Below the pieces are notes generated by a model. The model did not search any database. It was not told the DNA's origin and was given only the letters and a program-made list of their open reading frames with translations. This document shows positions 28,644 through 39,245 of a DNA stretch of 64,000 nt, one piece after another. Every line of letters begins with the position of its first letter. Positions within the stretch are counted from its first letter, which is position 1. The stretch spans positions 11,430-75,429 of the forward strand of contig JBARQV010000015.1 of assembly GCA_049643885.1 (NCBI GenBank), read 5' to 3'. Both the position numbers and the translations under genes were made by a program. Source of the stretch: Candidatus Omnitrophota bacterium (GTDB taxonomy: Bacteria > Omnitrophota > Gorgyraeia > Tantalellales > Tantalellaceae).

Positions 28644-29830
28644 AGAAGCATATTTTACCCAAAGGATTTCTTGCGGGCGGGATCCACTGCGGATTAAAAA
28701 GGAAGCGGAAGGATCTTTCGCTTTTTTATTCGGGCAGCCCCTGCAAGGCTGCGGCGGTCTTTACCACGAATCTCGCCATGGCCGCGCCTGTCATCCTGGG
28801 GCGGGAGAAAATAGAAAAAGACAGCCACGCGCAGGCGGTGATAGTCAATAGCGGCAACGCTAATTGCATGACCGGTAAGCGCGGCATCGCGGACGCAAAA
28901 AAAATGGCCAAAGCTACGGCTCGCCAGTTGGATATCCCGGAAAACATGGTGCTGGTCTCGTCTACCGGGGGCATCGGGAAGTTTCTTTCCATGGGCCCGA
29001 TCCTCAAGGGATTACCACGCCTGGTTTCAGGGTTGTCCCAGGACGGTATCGCCGATGCGGCAGAAGGGATAATGACCACGGACCGGTTCCCGAAGATCGC
29101 GTCGCGGACTTTCAAGGTGAAAGGCAAAAAAGTGACTGTTACGGGAGTGGCCAAAGGAGCGGGGATGATCAACCCCAACATGGCCACGATGCTCTCTTAT
29201 GTATTGACCGATATCAACATAACTTCCGGCGCGCTTAATCTGGCGCTGCGGGAAAGTTGTGATGTATCTTTTAACGCGATCACCGTGGACGGGGAGATGA
29301 GTACCAATGATACTGTAATGCTTCTCGCGAACGGGGAAGCCGGGAACACGATAGTTACCGAGGCTGATGCCGCTTTCAAGCGTTTTCGGAAGAACCTGGA
29401 CATCGTTACGAAGGAACTCGCGGGCATGATCGTTCGGGACGGGGAAGGAGCCAGCAAGTTCATAGAGGTCCATGTCAAGGGGGCCAGGAGCAAGGCTGAC
29501 GCCAAAATAGCCGCCGGGTCTATAGCCAATTCGATACTGGTCAAATGCGCGGTCCAGGGAGGCGACCCCAACTGGGGACGAGTGGCTTCTTCGGTAGGCG
29601 CCAGCGGCGCGGTTTTTGACCCGGGCAAGCTGGAAATAATCCTGGACGGCGTGGCATTTTTTAAACGGGGCAGGAACGCCTCTCCGGGAAAACGGAAAAA
29701 AGCGGAAGTGTTCAAGAAAAAAGATGTTAAAATAGAGGTCAATCTGCATTCCGGCAGATCCGAGACGGTCATGTATACCTGTGATATATCGAAGAAGTAT
29801 ATAACCTTAAACTCGTATTATACGACTTAA
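28640..29830 (+). CDS. argJ: Bifunctional glutamate N-acetyltransferase / ornithine acetyltransferase
   Basis: Autocleavage site ATMLSYVLTD. ATGA overlap with argC. Confidence 0.9.
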   Translation: MKKHILPKGFLAGGIHCGLKRKRKDLSLFYSGSPCKAAAVFTTNLAMAAPVILGREKIEKDSHAQAVIVNSGNANCMTGKRGIADAKKMAKATARQLDIPENMVLVSSTGGIGKFLSMGPILKGLPRLVSGLSQDGIADAAEGIMTTDRFPKIASRTFKVKGKKVTVTGVAKGAGMINPNMATMLSYVLTDINITSGALNLALRESCDVSFNAITVDGEMSTNDTVMLLANGEAGNTIVTEADAAFKRFRKNLDIVTKELAGMIVRDGEGASKFIEVHVKGARSKADAKIAAGSIANSILVKCAVQGGDPNWGRVASSVGASGAVFDPGKLEIILDGVAFFKRGRNASPGKRKKAEVFKKKDVKIEVNLHSGRSETVMYTCDISKKYITLNSYYTT

Positions 29831-29865
29831 ATAAGGGATAAGCGTTAAGCGGTAAGGGGTAGGAG

Positions 29866-30723
29866 ATGGAAGAAGCGATAAAAAAGAGCCAGGTGCTGAT
29901 AGAGGCGCTGCCGTATATCAAGAAGTTTTTCAACAAGGTAGTGGTCATAAAGTACGGCGGAAATTCTCTCGAGAACAAGGATGTCCGTGAAATGGTGCTC
30001 CAGGATATCGTGTTCATGCGTTACGCGGGCATGAAACCTGTCCTGGTGCATGGCGGCGGGCCGCATATAACGGAGAAGCTGAAAGAAGCCGGCATCGAAC
30101 CTAAATTCATCGGGGGCTTGAGGGTCACGAGCAAGGAATCGATGGGGGTGATCGATTCGGTCCTCATGGAAGTGAATAAAGACCTGGTAGACGAGATCAA
30201 CGGTTTTGGAGGAGAAGCGTTCGGGCTCAGCGGGAAAGAGAACAACATGATCCAGGCTTTACCGGCCAAGGGGAAGGAAGATCTGGGATATGTAGGCAGC
30301 GTCAAGGCTATAAATACCACGATCCTGGAAAGGCTGATCAACACCAACATGATCCCGGTCGTGTGCCCGGTCGGTAAAGGCGGCGATAACGAGCTTTACA
30401 ACATAAACGCCGATGAAGCCGCCAGCAATATCGCAGTGGCGCTGAGTGCGGAAAAGTTCGTTATTTTAACGAACGTGCGCGGTGTAATGAAGGACAAGGA
30501 AGATCCTGGATCGTTGTTCCATTCTTTGACCTTTAAGGCCACGAACCATCTTATAGAAACCGGAGTGATAGACGGAGGCATGCTGCCCAAGACCATGGCG
30601 TGCTTGGGAGCTCTTGAAAGAGGAGTGCGCAAGGCCCACATAGTCGAGGCCGACCTCCCTCACGCGCTTCTTCTGGAGATTTTCACCGATAAAGGTATCG
30701 GGACAGAGATAATCAAAGAGTAA
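29866..30723 (+). CDS. argB: Acetylglutamate kinase
   Basis: VIKYGGNSL; VHGGGP. Confidence 0.9.
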   Translation: MEEAIKKSQVLIEALPYIKKFFNKVVVIKYGGNSLENKDVREMVLQDIVFMRYAGMKPVLVHGGGPHITEKLKEAGIEPKFIGGLRVTSKESMGVIDSVLMEVNKDLVDEINGFGGEAFGLSGKENNMIQALPAKGKEDLGYVGSVKAINTTILERLINTNMIPVVCPVGKGGDNELYNINADEAASNIAVALSAEKFVILTNVRGVMKDKEDPGSLFHSLTFKATNHLIETGVIDGGMLPKTMACLGALERGVRKAHIVEADLPHALLLEIFTDKGIGTEIIKE

Positions 30724-30730
30724 CGTAACA

Positions 30731-30782
30731 CCCCACACTTCCGTGTGGGGAATGATACTATACAGGCGGAAGCCTGTAGAGG
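30731..30782 (+). repeat. Double-hairpin intergenic repeat, copy 4
   Basis: CCCCACACTTCCGTGTGGGGAATGATACTATACAGGCGGAAGCCTGTAGAGG. The AGAGG is 6 nt upstream of the argD ATG. Confidence 0.9.
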
Positions 30783-30788
30783 TGACAT

Positions 30789-31970
30789 ATGAAACTAAAC
30801 GAGGTAAAAGAATTGTATGAAAAATATGTGATGCCGACGTATACCCGGCAGGAACTCTGCCTGGTCAAGGGTGACGGTATATGGGTGGAGGATACCGAAG
30901 GGAAAAAATATCTGGATTTTTTTCCAGGCTGGGCAGTAAGCGGCATCGGCCATTGTCATCCCAGGGTCGTAGACAAACTCCGGGAACAATTGGGCAGGAT
31001 ACTTCATGTCTCGAATAATTTTTATAACGATGTCCAGCCCGTCCTGGCCCAAAAGATCATCCAGCATTCTTTTCCGGGTAAGGTCTTTTTCGCCAACAGC
31101 GGCGCCGAGGCCAATGAAGGCGCGATAAAGCTCGCCCGCCGTTACGGCCGTCCGGGAAGATACGAGGTCATAACAATGGAAAAGTCTTTTCACGGCCGGA
31201 CACTGGCGACATTGACAGCGACCGGCCAGGATAAGATAAAAAAGGGTTTTGAGCCTCTTCCTGAAGGGTTCAAGCATGTCCCGTTCAATGACATAGACGC
31301 TTTTACCCGAGCGATCACCGAAAAGACCGCGGCGGTGATCATTGAACCTATCCAGGGAGAGGGCGGGATAAATGTCCCGGACACGGATTACATGCGCATG
31401 CTCGAGAAAGTATGCCGCGAGAAGGATATTCTCCTTATCGTGGACGAAGTCCAGACAGGCATGGGCCGAACGGGGGAAATGTTCGCGTATAAGCATTATG
31501 GGATCGAACCAGATGCCATGACGCTTGCCAAATCCCTTGGAGGAGGGCTTCCCATCGGGGCGCTGGTGGTCGGCGAAAAATGCGTCGAGGCTTTGCCGCC
31601 CGGGACCCACGCTTCGACTTTCGGAGGAAGTCCTATTGTCTGTTCCGCTGCGCTCGGTGTCTTTGAGGCGATAGAGGAGGATAAGCTCCTGGAAAACGCG
31701 TTATCGGTGGGTAAATATCTTTTGGGCCGCCTGGAGGAGATGAAAAAGAAAATGCCCGTCATCAAACTGATAAAAGGCAAGGGGCTGATGATAGGGGCAG
31801 AGCTGGACATGGAAGATGCTTCTGGGATAGCCGAGGGGTGTATGAAAGAAGGCCTTTTGATAAACTGTACCCAGAAAAACATTCTGCGGATAATGCCTCC
31901 TCTTACGGTCAAAAAAGAAGAGGTGGATCTGGCCATCAAGAAATTATCCAAGGTATTGGAGGAAGCATGA
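30789..31970 (+). CDS. argD: Acetylornithine aminotransferase (class III PLP)
   Basis: Class III aminotransferase motifs: LIVDEVQTGMGRTG and SLGGGLP (PLP lysine region). Confidence 0.85.
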   Translation: MKLNEVKELYEKYVMPTYTRQELCLVKGDGIWVEDTEGKKYLDFFPGWAVSGIGHCHPRVVDKLREQLGRILHVSNNFYNDVQPVLAQKIIQHSFPGKVFFANSGAEANEGAIKLARRYGRPGRYEVITMEKSFHGRTLATLTATGQDKIKKGFEPLPEGFKHVPFNDIDAFTRAITEKTAAVIIEPIQGEGGINVPDTDYMRMLEKVCREKDILLIVDEVQTGMGRTGEMFAYKHYGIEPDAMTLAKSLGGGLPIGALVVGEKCVEALPPGTHASTFGGSPIVCSAALGVFEAIEEDKLLENALSVGKYLLGRLEEMKKKMPVIKLIKGKGLMIGAELDMEDASGIAEGCMKEGLLINCTQKNILRIMPPLTVKKEEVDLAIKKLSKVLEEA

Positions 31971-32884
31971 AAAAGGACCTGATAAGCATAAACGATCTTA
32001 GTTCTGAAGAGATCTTCGATATTATAAAGCTGGCAGGCAAGCTGAAGAAAAAGCCATTGCTTTACAAACAGCTGTTCAGGAATAAGACTTTGGCCCTTTT
32101 GTTCCAGAAACCGTCGAACCGCACGAGGATATCATTCGAGGTGGCCATGGTCCACCTGGGCGGGCATGCTCTTTACCTTGCTCCGAATGAGATACAGATG
32201 GGTAAACGCGAGTCCGTGAAGGATGTAGGATGTGTTATTTCCCGTTACGTGGACGGGATAGTGGCCAGGGTGTTTTCTCACCAGGACGCGGAGGAGCTGG
32301 CTCACTATTCGGATGTCCCGGTCATAAACGGATTATCCGATCATGAGCATCCCTGCCAGGCCCTGAGCGATATTTTCACAGTCTCGGAAAACATGAAAAA
32401 CCTCAAGAAAACAATTGTTTCTTATGTGGGAGACGGGAACAATGTTTTGAATTCTTTGCTGATGACGTGCGCCAAGGCCGGGGTGAACATGAAAGTGGCA
32501 ACGCCGGCAGGTTACCGGCCGCCTGAGGATATATACGAAGAAGCGGTAATGACGGCCGCGAAAAACGGCGCGTTGATAAAGTTGTTTGATGATCCCCGCC
32601 AGGCGGTAGAGGGCAGCGATATCGTATACACCGATGTCTGGGTGAGCATGGGCCAGGAAGCAGAAAGGGAGAAGCGGCTCAAGGATTTCGCTTCATTCCA
32701 GGTGAATGAAGAACTGATGAAGGCGGCGAAAAAAGGCGCTCTTATCATGCATTGTCTCCCGGCTCACCGCGGGGAAGAGGTCACCGACGTCATCGACGGG
32801 AAGAATTCAATTATTTATGACCAGGCGGAGAATCGCATGCATGTTCAAAAAGCGATCCTGCTGAAATTGTTAGGCCGCAAGTAA
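31967..32884 (+). CDS. argF: Ornithine carbamoyltransferase
   Basis: SNRTRISFEVAM (STRTR motif); HCLP. The ATG at 31967 overlaps the argD stop; the track's upstream extension is rejected. Confidence 0.85.
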   Translation: MKKDLISINDLSSEEIFDIIKLAGKLKKKPLLYKQLFRNKTLALLFQKPSNRTRISFEVAMVHLGGHALYLAPNEIQMGKRESVKDVGCVISRYVDGIVARVFSHQDAEELAHYSDVPVINGLSDHEHPCQALSDIFTVSENMKNLKKTIVSYVGDGNNVLNSLLMTCAKAGVNMKVATPAGYRPPEDIYEEAVMTAAKNGALIKLFDDPRQAVEGSDIVYTDVWVSMGQEAEREKRLKDFASFQVNEELMKAAKKGALIMHCLPAHRGEEVTDVIDGKNSIIYDQAENRMHVQKAILLKLLGRK

Positions 32885-32895
32885 AGGAGCTGAAA

Positions 32896-34071
32896 ATGGC
32901 GAAAAAGAAAGTCGTACTTGCATATTCGGGAGGGCTGGACACCTCCGTGGCTTTAAAATGGCTTATGGATAAAGGATTCGACGTGGTATGTTTCATGGCC
33001 GATGTGGGCCAGGGCGCGGAGGTGGAAAGCGCTCACAAACGGGCCCTTAAAATAGGCGCGTCGAAATGTATCGTCAAAGACCTCCGGAAAGAGTTTGTGA
33101 CCGGTTACGCTTTCCGGGCTCTTAAGGCCGGAGCGCTTTATCAGGGAAAATATAACCTGGCCACGGCTTTATCGCGGCCTTTGATAGCGGCCGCCATGGC
33201 AAAAACGGCAAAAGATGAGAAGGCCGGGAATGTTGCTCACGGGTGTACCGGTAAGGGTAATGACCAGGTGCGTTTCGAGGTGACGTTCCACCTGAAAGCC
33301 CCGGGGCTGAAGATAATAGCGCCTGTCCGGGAATGGGAACTTACCACCCGCGAACAGGAAATAGATTACGCGAAGAAACACAAGCTGCCTATCGAACAGA
33401 CGAAGGAGAAAGTCTACAGCATTGACCGCAACCTGTGGGGAATAAGCGTGGAAGGCGGGAAGCTGGAAAACCCGTGGACCGAACCTCCGAAGGAAACCTA
33501 TATCACGGTGGCTCCTCCTGAGAAGGCCCCGGCAAAAGCAGAATATGTCGTCATCGGGTTCAAGAAAGGAGTGCCGGTCACTCTTAACGGCAAGAAATAT
33601 GATCCGATCAGCCTGGTGGAAAAGCTTAACCGTGCCGGGGGGAAACACGGCATCGGCAGGGTGGATATGATCGAGGACCGCCTGGTAGGCATAAAGTCAC
33701 GTGAAATATACGAAGCACCCGCTTCGACGATCCTTCACGCCGCGCATGTCGCGCTTGAAGAATTAGTGCTCGACAGGGAGACCCGGCGCTACAAAGCGGG
33801 TATTGCCGGCCTGTATTCAGAAATAGTTTACTACGGATTATGGTTCGCGCCTCTTAAAGATGCTATCGACGCTTTTGTCGATAAGACACAGGAGAGTGTT
33901 TCCGGCGAAGTCAAGATGAAACTCTGCAAAGGCGCGGCTACGGTAGCCGGAAGGAAAAGCCCCCACTCCCGTTACAAGCGAGAGCTTGCCACTTACGGGG
34001 AAGGGGATGTTTTTGACCAGTCTTTGGCCAAGGGGTTTATTGACCTCTGGGCGATGCCGTATAGGAAATAG
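32896..34071 (+). CDS. argG: Argininosuccinate synthase
   Basis: AYSGGLDTS PP-loop. Confidence 0.95.
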   Translation: MAKKKVVLAYSGGLDTSVALKWLMDKGFDVVCFMADVGQGAEVESAHKRALKIGASKCIVKDLRKEFVTGYAFRALKAGALYQGKYNLATALSRPLIAAAMAKTAKDEKAGNVAHGCTGKGNDQVRFEVTFHLKAPGLKIIAPVREWELTTREQEIDYAKKHKLPIEQTKEKVYSIDRNLWGISVEGGKLENPWTEPPKETYITVAPPEKAPAKAEYVVIGFKKGVPVTLNGKKYDPISLVEKLNRAGGKHGIGRVDMIEDRLVGIKSREIYEAPASTILHAAHVALEELVLDRETRRYKAGIAGLYSEIVYYGLWFAPLKDAIDAFVDKTQESVSGEVKMKLCKGAATVAGRKSPHSRYKRELATYGEGDVFDQSLAKGFIDLWAMPYRK

Positions 34072-34084
34072 TGGATCGTGGTTC

Positions 34085-34140
34085 GTCATTCGTGATTCGC
34101 TTCTACGATTCACGAAAACCGAACGACGAACGACGAAACA
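34085..34140. promoter_or_regulatory. Hairpin-rich spacer between argG and argH with a motif (CGAACGACGAACGACGAAAC) related to ACGACCGACAACCGACGAAA
   Basis: CGTGATTCG-cttcta-CGATTCACG hairpin, and the GTTCGTC/GACGAAC arms, were read directly. Confidence 0.35.
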
Positions 34141-34151
34141 AGGGAGCTGAC

Positions 34152-35525
34152 ATGAACAAGATGTGGGGCGGGAGATTCTCGAAGAAGATGGATCCGCGCG
34201 TGATGGATTTTACGTCCAGCCTGGGTGTCGACATCATCCTTGCCAAGTATGATTGCCTGAGCAGTAAGGTCCATGTGGAGATGCTTGCCAAGTGCGGATA
34301 TCTCACCAAGAAGGAAAAGGGCGAACTGGTCAAGACGCTTGATGAACTTTATAAAAAGATCGAAAAAGGCACCTGGGCGGTCGGTAACTATGAGGATATC
34401 CATTCGGCGATACAGGCCTATGTCGAGAAAAAAGCTCCGGGGGCGTCGAAAAAACTGCATACCGGCAGGTCCCGGAACGAACAGGTGGTCAACGATGTCC
34501 GGCTTTACTGCAAGGACAGCGTCCGGCGGATATCAAAACTTATTGACGACCTCCAGAAGGGACTCGTAGCACTTGCCGAACGGACTGTAGACATTATTGT
34601 TCCCGGTTATACACATCTCAACCGGGCACAGCCCGTGCTTTTCGCGCACCTGGTCATGGCGTATGTCGAGATGCTCCAGCGCGACAAAGAACGTATTGAA
34701 GACGCCGGACGGCGTTGCGACGTTTCGGTCATGGGTTCAGGGGCGCTGGCGGGGTCTTCTCTTGAGTTGGACAGGAAGTTCACCGCGGAAAAACTTTCTT
34801 TCAAGAATATTTCCGCGAACAGTATCGACGCGGTGAGCGACCGGGATTTCATTGTGGAGATCGTCTCTTCCCTGAGCCTTATCGCCGTGCATCTTTCGCG
34901 GATAAGCGAGGATTTCATTTTATACAGCACTTTGGAATTCGGTTTTCTGGAGATAGGGGAGGATTACTGTACCGGAAGTTCTTTTATGCCGCAGAAGAAA
35001 AACCCTGATGTTCTGGAGCTTTTCCGGGGTAAGGCCTCCCGGGTCATCGGCGCACTGAACTCGCTCTTGATACTTCTTAAAGGACTGCCCCATGCGTATA
35101 ACCGGGACCTCCAGGAGGATAAGGAGCCCTTGTTCGAGTCCGTTGAACTGGTCGCGGCAGAGCTCGAGATCATGGCCGGGCTGGTAAAGACCATAAAACT
35201 GGTCAAAGCCCGGGCGAAGGAGGCTCTGGAGGACGAGTTTATTTATGCTACCGATCTTGCGGAATACCTGGTCCGCAAGGGCGCGGCTTTTAAGGACGCG
35301 CATGATATCGTAGGCGAGATCGTCCGGTACTGCACCCAGAAGGGTGTGAACATATCGGACTTGTCGATATCGGAGCTGAGAAAGTTTTCGGAAAAGCTCG
35401 AGGAAGACGTGTGTGATTTTCTTAATCCGGAAACTTCGGTAAAGATGAAGAAGACGCCCGGCGGGACGAATCCGCGGTTTGTCAAAAGAGAGATAAACCG
35501 CTGGAAGAAAAAACTGAGGAGTTAG
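34152..35525 (+). CDS. argH: Argininosuccinate lyase
   Basis: MWGGRFS; GSSFMPQKKNPD fumarate-lyase signature. RBS AAGGGAG. Confidence 0.95.
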   Translation: MNKMWGGRFSKKMDPRVMDFTSSLGVDIILAKYDCLSSKVHVEMLAKCGYLTKKEKGELVKTLDELYKKIEKGTWAVGNYEDIHSAIQAYVEKKAPGASKKLHTGRSRNEQVVNDVRLYCKDSVRRISKLIDDLQKGLVALAERTVDIIVPGYTHLNRAQPVLFAHLVMAYVEMLQRDKERIEDAGRRCDVSVMGSGALAGSSLELDRKFTAEKLSFKNISANSIDAVSDRDFIVEIVSSLSLIAVHLSRISEDFILYSTLEFGFLEIGEDYCTGSSFMPQKKNPDVLELFRGKASRVIGALNSLLILLKGLPHAYNRDLQEDKEPLFESVELVAAELEIMAGLVKTIKLVKARAKEALEDEFIYATDLAEYLVRKGAAFKDAHDIVGEIVRYCTQKGVNISDLSISELRKFSEKLEEDVCDFLNPETSVKMKKTPGGTNPRFVKREINRWKKKLRS

Positions 35526-35526
35526 C

Positions 35527-36768
35527 ATGCACGAATTTGATTACAAGAACGGGATCCTGCACTGTGAAGAGATGTCTCTGACCGAGGTCGTGGAGAAATT
35601 TCCGACTCCATTTTTTCTTTACAGCCCCAAGACCCTGATCGATCATTTCCTGAAAATAAAGGAAGCTTTCAAGGATCTGGACCCCCTTGTGTGCTTTTCG
35701 ATGAAATCTAACTCCAACCTGAATATCTGCAAGCTCCTGGTCAACACGGGGGCCGGGCTGGATATCGTGTCGGGAGGCGAACTTTATAAGGCCCTCAAGG
35801 TAGGGTGTCCTCCGGAAAGAATAGTCTATGCCAGTGTCGGCAAGACCGAGGCCGAGATCGGCAAAGCCATCAAGGTGGGGATACTTTCATTTAATGTGGA
35901 ATCGGTCCCGGAACTGATAATGATCGATACCGTGGCCAAAAGGCTGAAGAAAAAGCCCGGGGTAGCTCTCCGTGTCAACCCGGACGTCAAACCCGATACG
36001 CATGATTACATAACTACCGGGACAAAGGAGAAGAAGTTCGGCATAGATTTTAAGGTGGCCGAGGATGTGTTCGATAACGCCAATAAATATTCTAACGTTT
36101 CTATAAAAGGTCTGCATATCCATATTGGATCGCAGATAACGGAGACGGGACCTTTTGTCGATGCCATAGAGAAGGTCCTCGATTTTCTGGACAAAAGCAA
36201 GATCGAGATAGAATGGCTGAACCTTGGAGGCGGATTCGGCATCGATTACGGGAAAGAGAAAGCCAGAACAGCACAGGAGCTTTCCGAAAAGATAGTCCCT
36301 CTTTTAAAAGACAGGTCCTTCAAGATCATCCTTGAGCCCGGACGTTTTATCGTGGGGAATGCCGGTATCCTGGTATGCAAGGTACTGTATATCAAGACCG
36401 GCGCCACCGGAAAGAAGTTCGCCGTTGTCAATGCGGGTATGAATGATTTCATCCGGCCTACTCTCTACGAGGCTTACCACGAGATCCTGCCGATCGTCCA
36501 GCAGGACGCGAAGACTTATAATTACGATGTGGTCGGGCCGATATGCGAGAGCGGCGATTATCTGGCCCTGGACAGGGACCTGCCCGAGCTTGTCGCCGGG
36601 AATTACATAGCGGTGATGGGGGCGGGCGCTTACGGCTATGTCATGGCTTCCAATTATAATTCCAGGCCAAGACCCGCGGAACTCATGGTCTTCGAGGGCG
36701 AGGTCAAGGTAGCCCGCCGCGCGGAGACACAGAAGGACCTGATAGGGGGCGAGAAGATAATTCTTTAA
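35527..36768 (+). CDS. lysA: Diaminopimelate decarboxylase
   Basis: Type III PLP fold: FSMKSN (lysine), GGGFGI, CESGD. Confidence 0.9.
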   Translation: MHEFDYKNGILHCEEMSLTEVVEKFPTPFFLYSPKTLIDHFLKIKEAFKDLDPLVCFSMKSNSNLNICKLLVNTGAGLDIVSGGELYKALKVGCPPERIVYASVGKTEAEIGKAIKVGILSFNVESVPELIMIDTVAKRLKKKPGVALRVNPDVKPDTHDYITTGTKEKKFGIDFKVAEDVFDNANKYSNVSIKGLHIHIGSQITETGPFVDAIEKVLDFLDKSKIEIEWLNLGGGFGIDYGKEKARTAQELSEKIVPLLKDRSFKIILEPGRFIVGNAGILVCKVLYIKTGATGKKFAVVNAGMNDFIRPTLYEAYHEILPIVQQDAKTYNYDVVGPICESGDYLALDRDLPELVAGNYIAVMGAGAYGYVMASNYNSRPRPAELMVFEGEVKVARRAETQKDLIGGEKIIL

Positions 36769-36785
36769 GAACAAGGATCAGCAAA

Positions 36786-37604
36786 ATGAACAGGAAATAC
36801 AATATAGCTTTTACAAAAGTCGTAGCCAGCGGCAATGATTTCGTGATCATCGATAACAGGAGCGGTGAACTGGACACCCACGATATCGATTATTCGTCCA
36901 TGGCCAGGGAATTATGCCCCAGGAGGTTTTCGGTGGGCGCTGACGGTCTCTTGGTCCTGGAGAACTCGGACAAGGCGGATTTCCGTATGCGCATAATCAA
37001 TCCGGACGGGTCGGAAGTGACCATGTGCGGCAACGGCGCGCGCTCGAGCGCTCTTTACGCCTCCGTCAACGGCTGCGGGGAAAATATGGTGATAGAAACA
37101 GGAGCCGGCCTGATCGATGCCGCGGTGAGCGGGGACAGCATCAGGCTGAAGATGAGCGACCCTACTGACATAAAGCTCGGGATCAGGCTTGGTATCGGCC
37201 CGACTATTATGGACGTCCATTATATCAATACAGGGGTGCCCCATGTGGTGCATCTTGTGGAGCATCTGGAAGAGTACCCGGTGAAAGAGATGGGGCAAAA
37301 GATACGCGAACATTCCTTGTTCGCCCCAGAAGGGACCAACGCTGATTTTGTCGGGGAGATCGCGGAAGGCCGGGCCCGTATCCGGACTTATGAGAGAGGT
37401 GTCGAGGACGAGACTCTGGCTTGCGGGACGGGAATTACCGCATCCGCTATCATTCTGGGCCTTTTAGGACAGGTCTCACCGCCGGTCAGGCTGCAGGCAA
37501 AAAGCGGAGAAATGCTGACTGTTCACTATAACATCTCAGGCAAGAAAGTATCGGATGTGTACCTTGAGGGTGGAGCAATCATAGTTTATGAAGGGAGAGT
37601 GTGA
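36786..37604 (+). CDS. dapF: Diaminopimelate epimerase
   Basis: ASGNDFVIIDN; two catalytic cysteine regions (MCGNGARS; ACGTG). Confidence 0.9.
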   Translation: MNRKYNIAFTKVVASGNDFVIIDNRSGELDTHDIDYSSMARELCPRRFSVGADGLLVLENSDKADFRMRIINPDGSEVTMCGNGARSSALYASVNGCGENMVIETGAGLIDAAVSGDSIRLKMSDPTDIKLGIRLGIGPTIMDVHYINTGVPHVVHLVEHLEEYPVKEMGQKIREHSLFAPEGTNADFVGEIAEGRARIRTYERGVEDETLACGTGITASAIILGLLGQVSPPVRLQAKSGEMLTVHYNISGKKVSDVYLEGGAIIVYEGRV

Positions 37605-38476
37605 TAATGTGGAAGGGGTCATATGTGGCTTTGGCAACGCCGTTTGAAAACGGCAAAGTCGATGAAAAAAAATATAGAAAACTCATCGAGTTTCATATTA
37701 ACAATGGCACGGATGGGCTTGTTCCATGCGGGTGTACAGGGGAAGCGGCTACCCTGACCACTACCGAACAAAAACATCTTATAAAAGTAGCGGTGGAAAC
37801 TTCGGACAAACGAGTCCCGGTAATCGCTGGCACGGGGTCTAACTGCACCCAGGAAGCGATAGAACTGACATCCTATGCCAGGAAAGCCGGGTGCGACGGG
37901 GCTTTGATAATAACCCCTTATTACAATAAACCGACGCCTGAGGGCCAGTACCGGCATTATGTGGAGATCGCGAAGGCCACGGATATCCCTATCATGCTCT
38001 ACAATGTACCTTCGCGTACGGGCATCTCGCTTCTTCCTGAGACTGTCGCCAGACTGTCAAAGATCGATAATATTGAAGCCATCAAAGAAGCTGCTGGCAG
38101 CGTGCAGCAGGTCATGGACATCAGGGCTCTTTGTGATATCGCCATAATGAGCGGTGACGACGCCATGACCCTGCCGTTCATGACGGTAGGAGCGACGGGA
38201 GTTGTGAGCGTCGTGGCAAATATTATACCGGGAAAAGTCCATGAACTGGTCCAGTTTTTTTTGGACGGCCATATCGACCGTAGCAGGGAGATACATTTCG
38301 AGATAATGGATCTTTGCAAAGCGATGTTTATCGAGACCAACCCCATACCGGTGAAGACCTCGATGGCCATGATGGACATGATCAATGAGGAGTGGCGCCT
38401 GCCGCTCTGCGAAATGAGCGACGCGGGCAGGACCAGGCTCGAGCAGGTACTGAGAAGGTATGGACTAGTTAAATAA
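37601..38476 (+). CDS. dapA: 4-hydroxy-tetrahydrodipicolinate synthase
   Basis: VPCGCTGEAATL; YNVPSRTG; the KEA Schiff-base lysine region. Confidence 0.9.
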   Translation: MIMWKGSYVALATPFENGKVDEKKYRKLIEFHINNGTDGLVPCGCTGEAATLTTTEQKHLIKVAVETSDKRVPVIAGTGSNCTQEAIELTSYARKAGCDGALIITPYYNKPTPEGQYRHYVEIAKATDIPIMLYNVPSRTGISLLPETVARLSKIDNIEAIKEAAGSVQQVMDIRALCDIAIMSGDDAMTLPFMTVGATGVVSVVANIIPGKVHELVQFFLDGHIDRSREIHFEIMDLCKAMFIETNPIPVKTSMAMMDMINEEWRLPLCEMSDAGRTRLEQVLRRYGLVK

Positions 38477-38508
38477 GTGATGATACTTAGACGCTTAATG
38501 GAGGCCTT

Positions 38509-39228
38509 ATGATCCGTATAGGGATAAGCGGTATCGCGGGCAAGATGGGGCAGCGCATCGCCGACCTCGCCATGAAGGAAGGGGATATTCGCATAGCCTG
38601 CGCTCTTGAGAAAGAAGGCAGTCCGATGATCGGGAATAGCGATTACGGCGTTGTCGTTACTTCCGAGGTTGAAAGCGCCTGCGATGATATTGATTGCCTG
38701 ATAGAGTTCACTTCACCCGAAGCGACTTTACGTCATGTCGATATCTGCGTTAAAAAAAAGATCCCCATGGTCATAGGCACGACGGGGCTGGGCCCCGAAG
38801 GCGAGAACAGGATCGCGGAAGCCGCAAAAAAAATACCTGTTGTTTTCTCACCGAACATGGCGATCGGGGTGAATCTTCTCTTTAACCTGGTAAAGGAAGC
38901 TGCGAGGGTCCTGGAAAAAGATTTTGAGATAAAGATCGACGAGACCCATCATGTCCATAAGAAGGACGCTCCAAGCGGCACGGCAAAAATGATAGCGAAG
39001 GTCATCAGGGAATCCTCCGGGGTCGATGCCCCTATTGAAGCTTTTCGGGAGGGCGAGGTCATCGGAAATCACGGTATCATTTTCGACGGGAAATATGAAA
39101 AACTTGAGATAAGGCATGACGCCAAATCGCGGGATGTTTTCGCGGCCGGAGCCATCGAAGCCGCCAAATTTGTCGCAGGAAAAGCTCCCGGGTTATATAG
39201 CATGGCCGATGTCCTGGGCCTAACATGA
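38509..39228 (+). CDS. dapB: 4-hydroxy-tetrahydrodipicolinate reductase
   Basis: IRIGISGIAGKMG; ETHHVHKKDAPSGTA. Confidence 0.9.
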   Translation: MIRIGISGIAGKMGQRIADLAMKEGDIRIACALEKEGSPMIGNSDYGVVVTSEVESACDDIDCLIEFTSPEATLRHVDICVKKKIPMVIGTTGLGPEGENRIAEAAKKIPVVFSPNMAIGVNLLFNLVKEAARVLEKDFEIKIDETHHVHKKDAPSGTAKMIAKVIRESSGVDAPIEAFREGEVIGNHGIIFDGKYEKLEIRHDAKSRDVFAAGAIEAAKFVAGKAPGLYSMADVLGLT

Positions 39229-39245
39229 TTATGGATCCGTGGGGG

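Noticed and set aside
31838-31966. Upstream extension of argF (track start 31838), and similar upstream extensions at 34071 (argH), 8828 (fmt), 9825 (GT4), 17328 (oppC), 24389 (truA), 39334 (dapL) and 59374 (DUF502)
   Set aside because: In every case a downstream ATG with a proper SD coincides with the conserved family N-terminus. The extensions overlap the preceding gene or run through intergenic repeats and hairpins.
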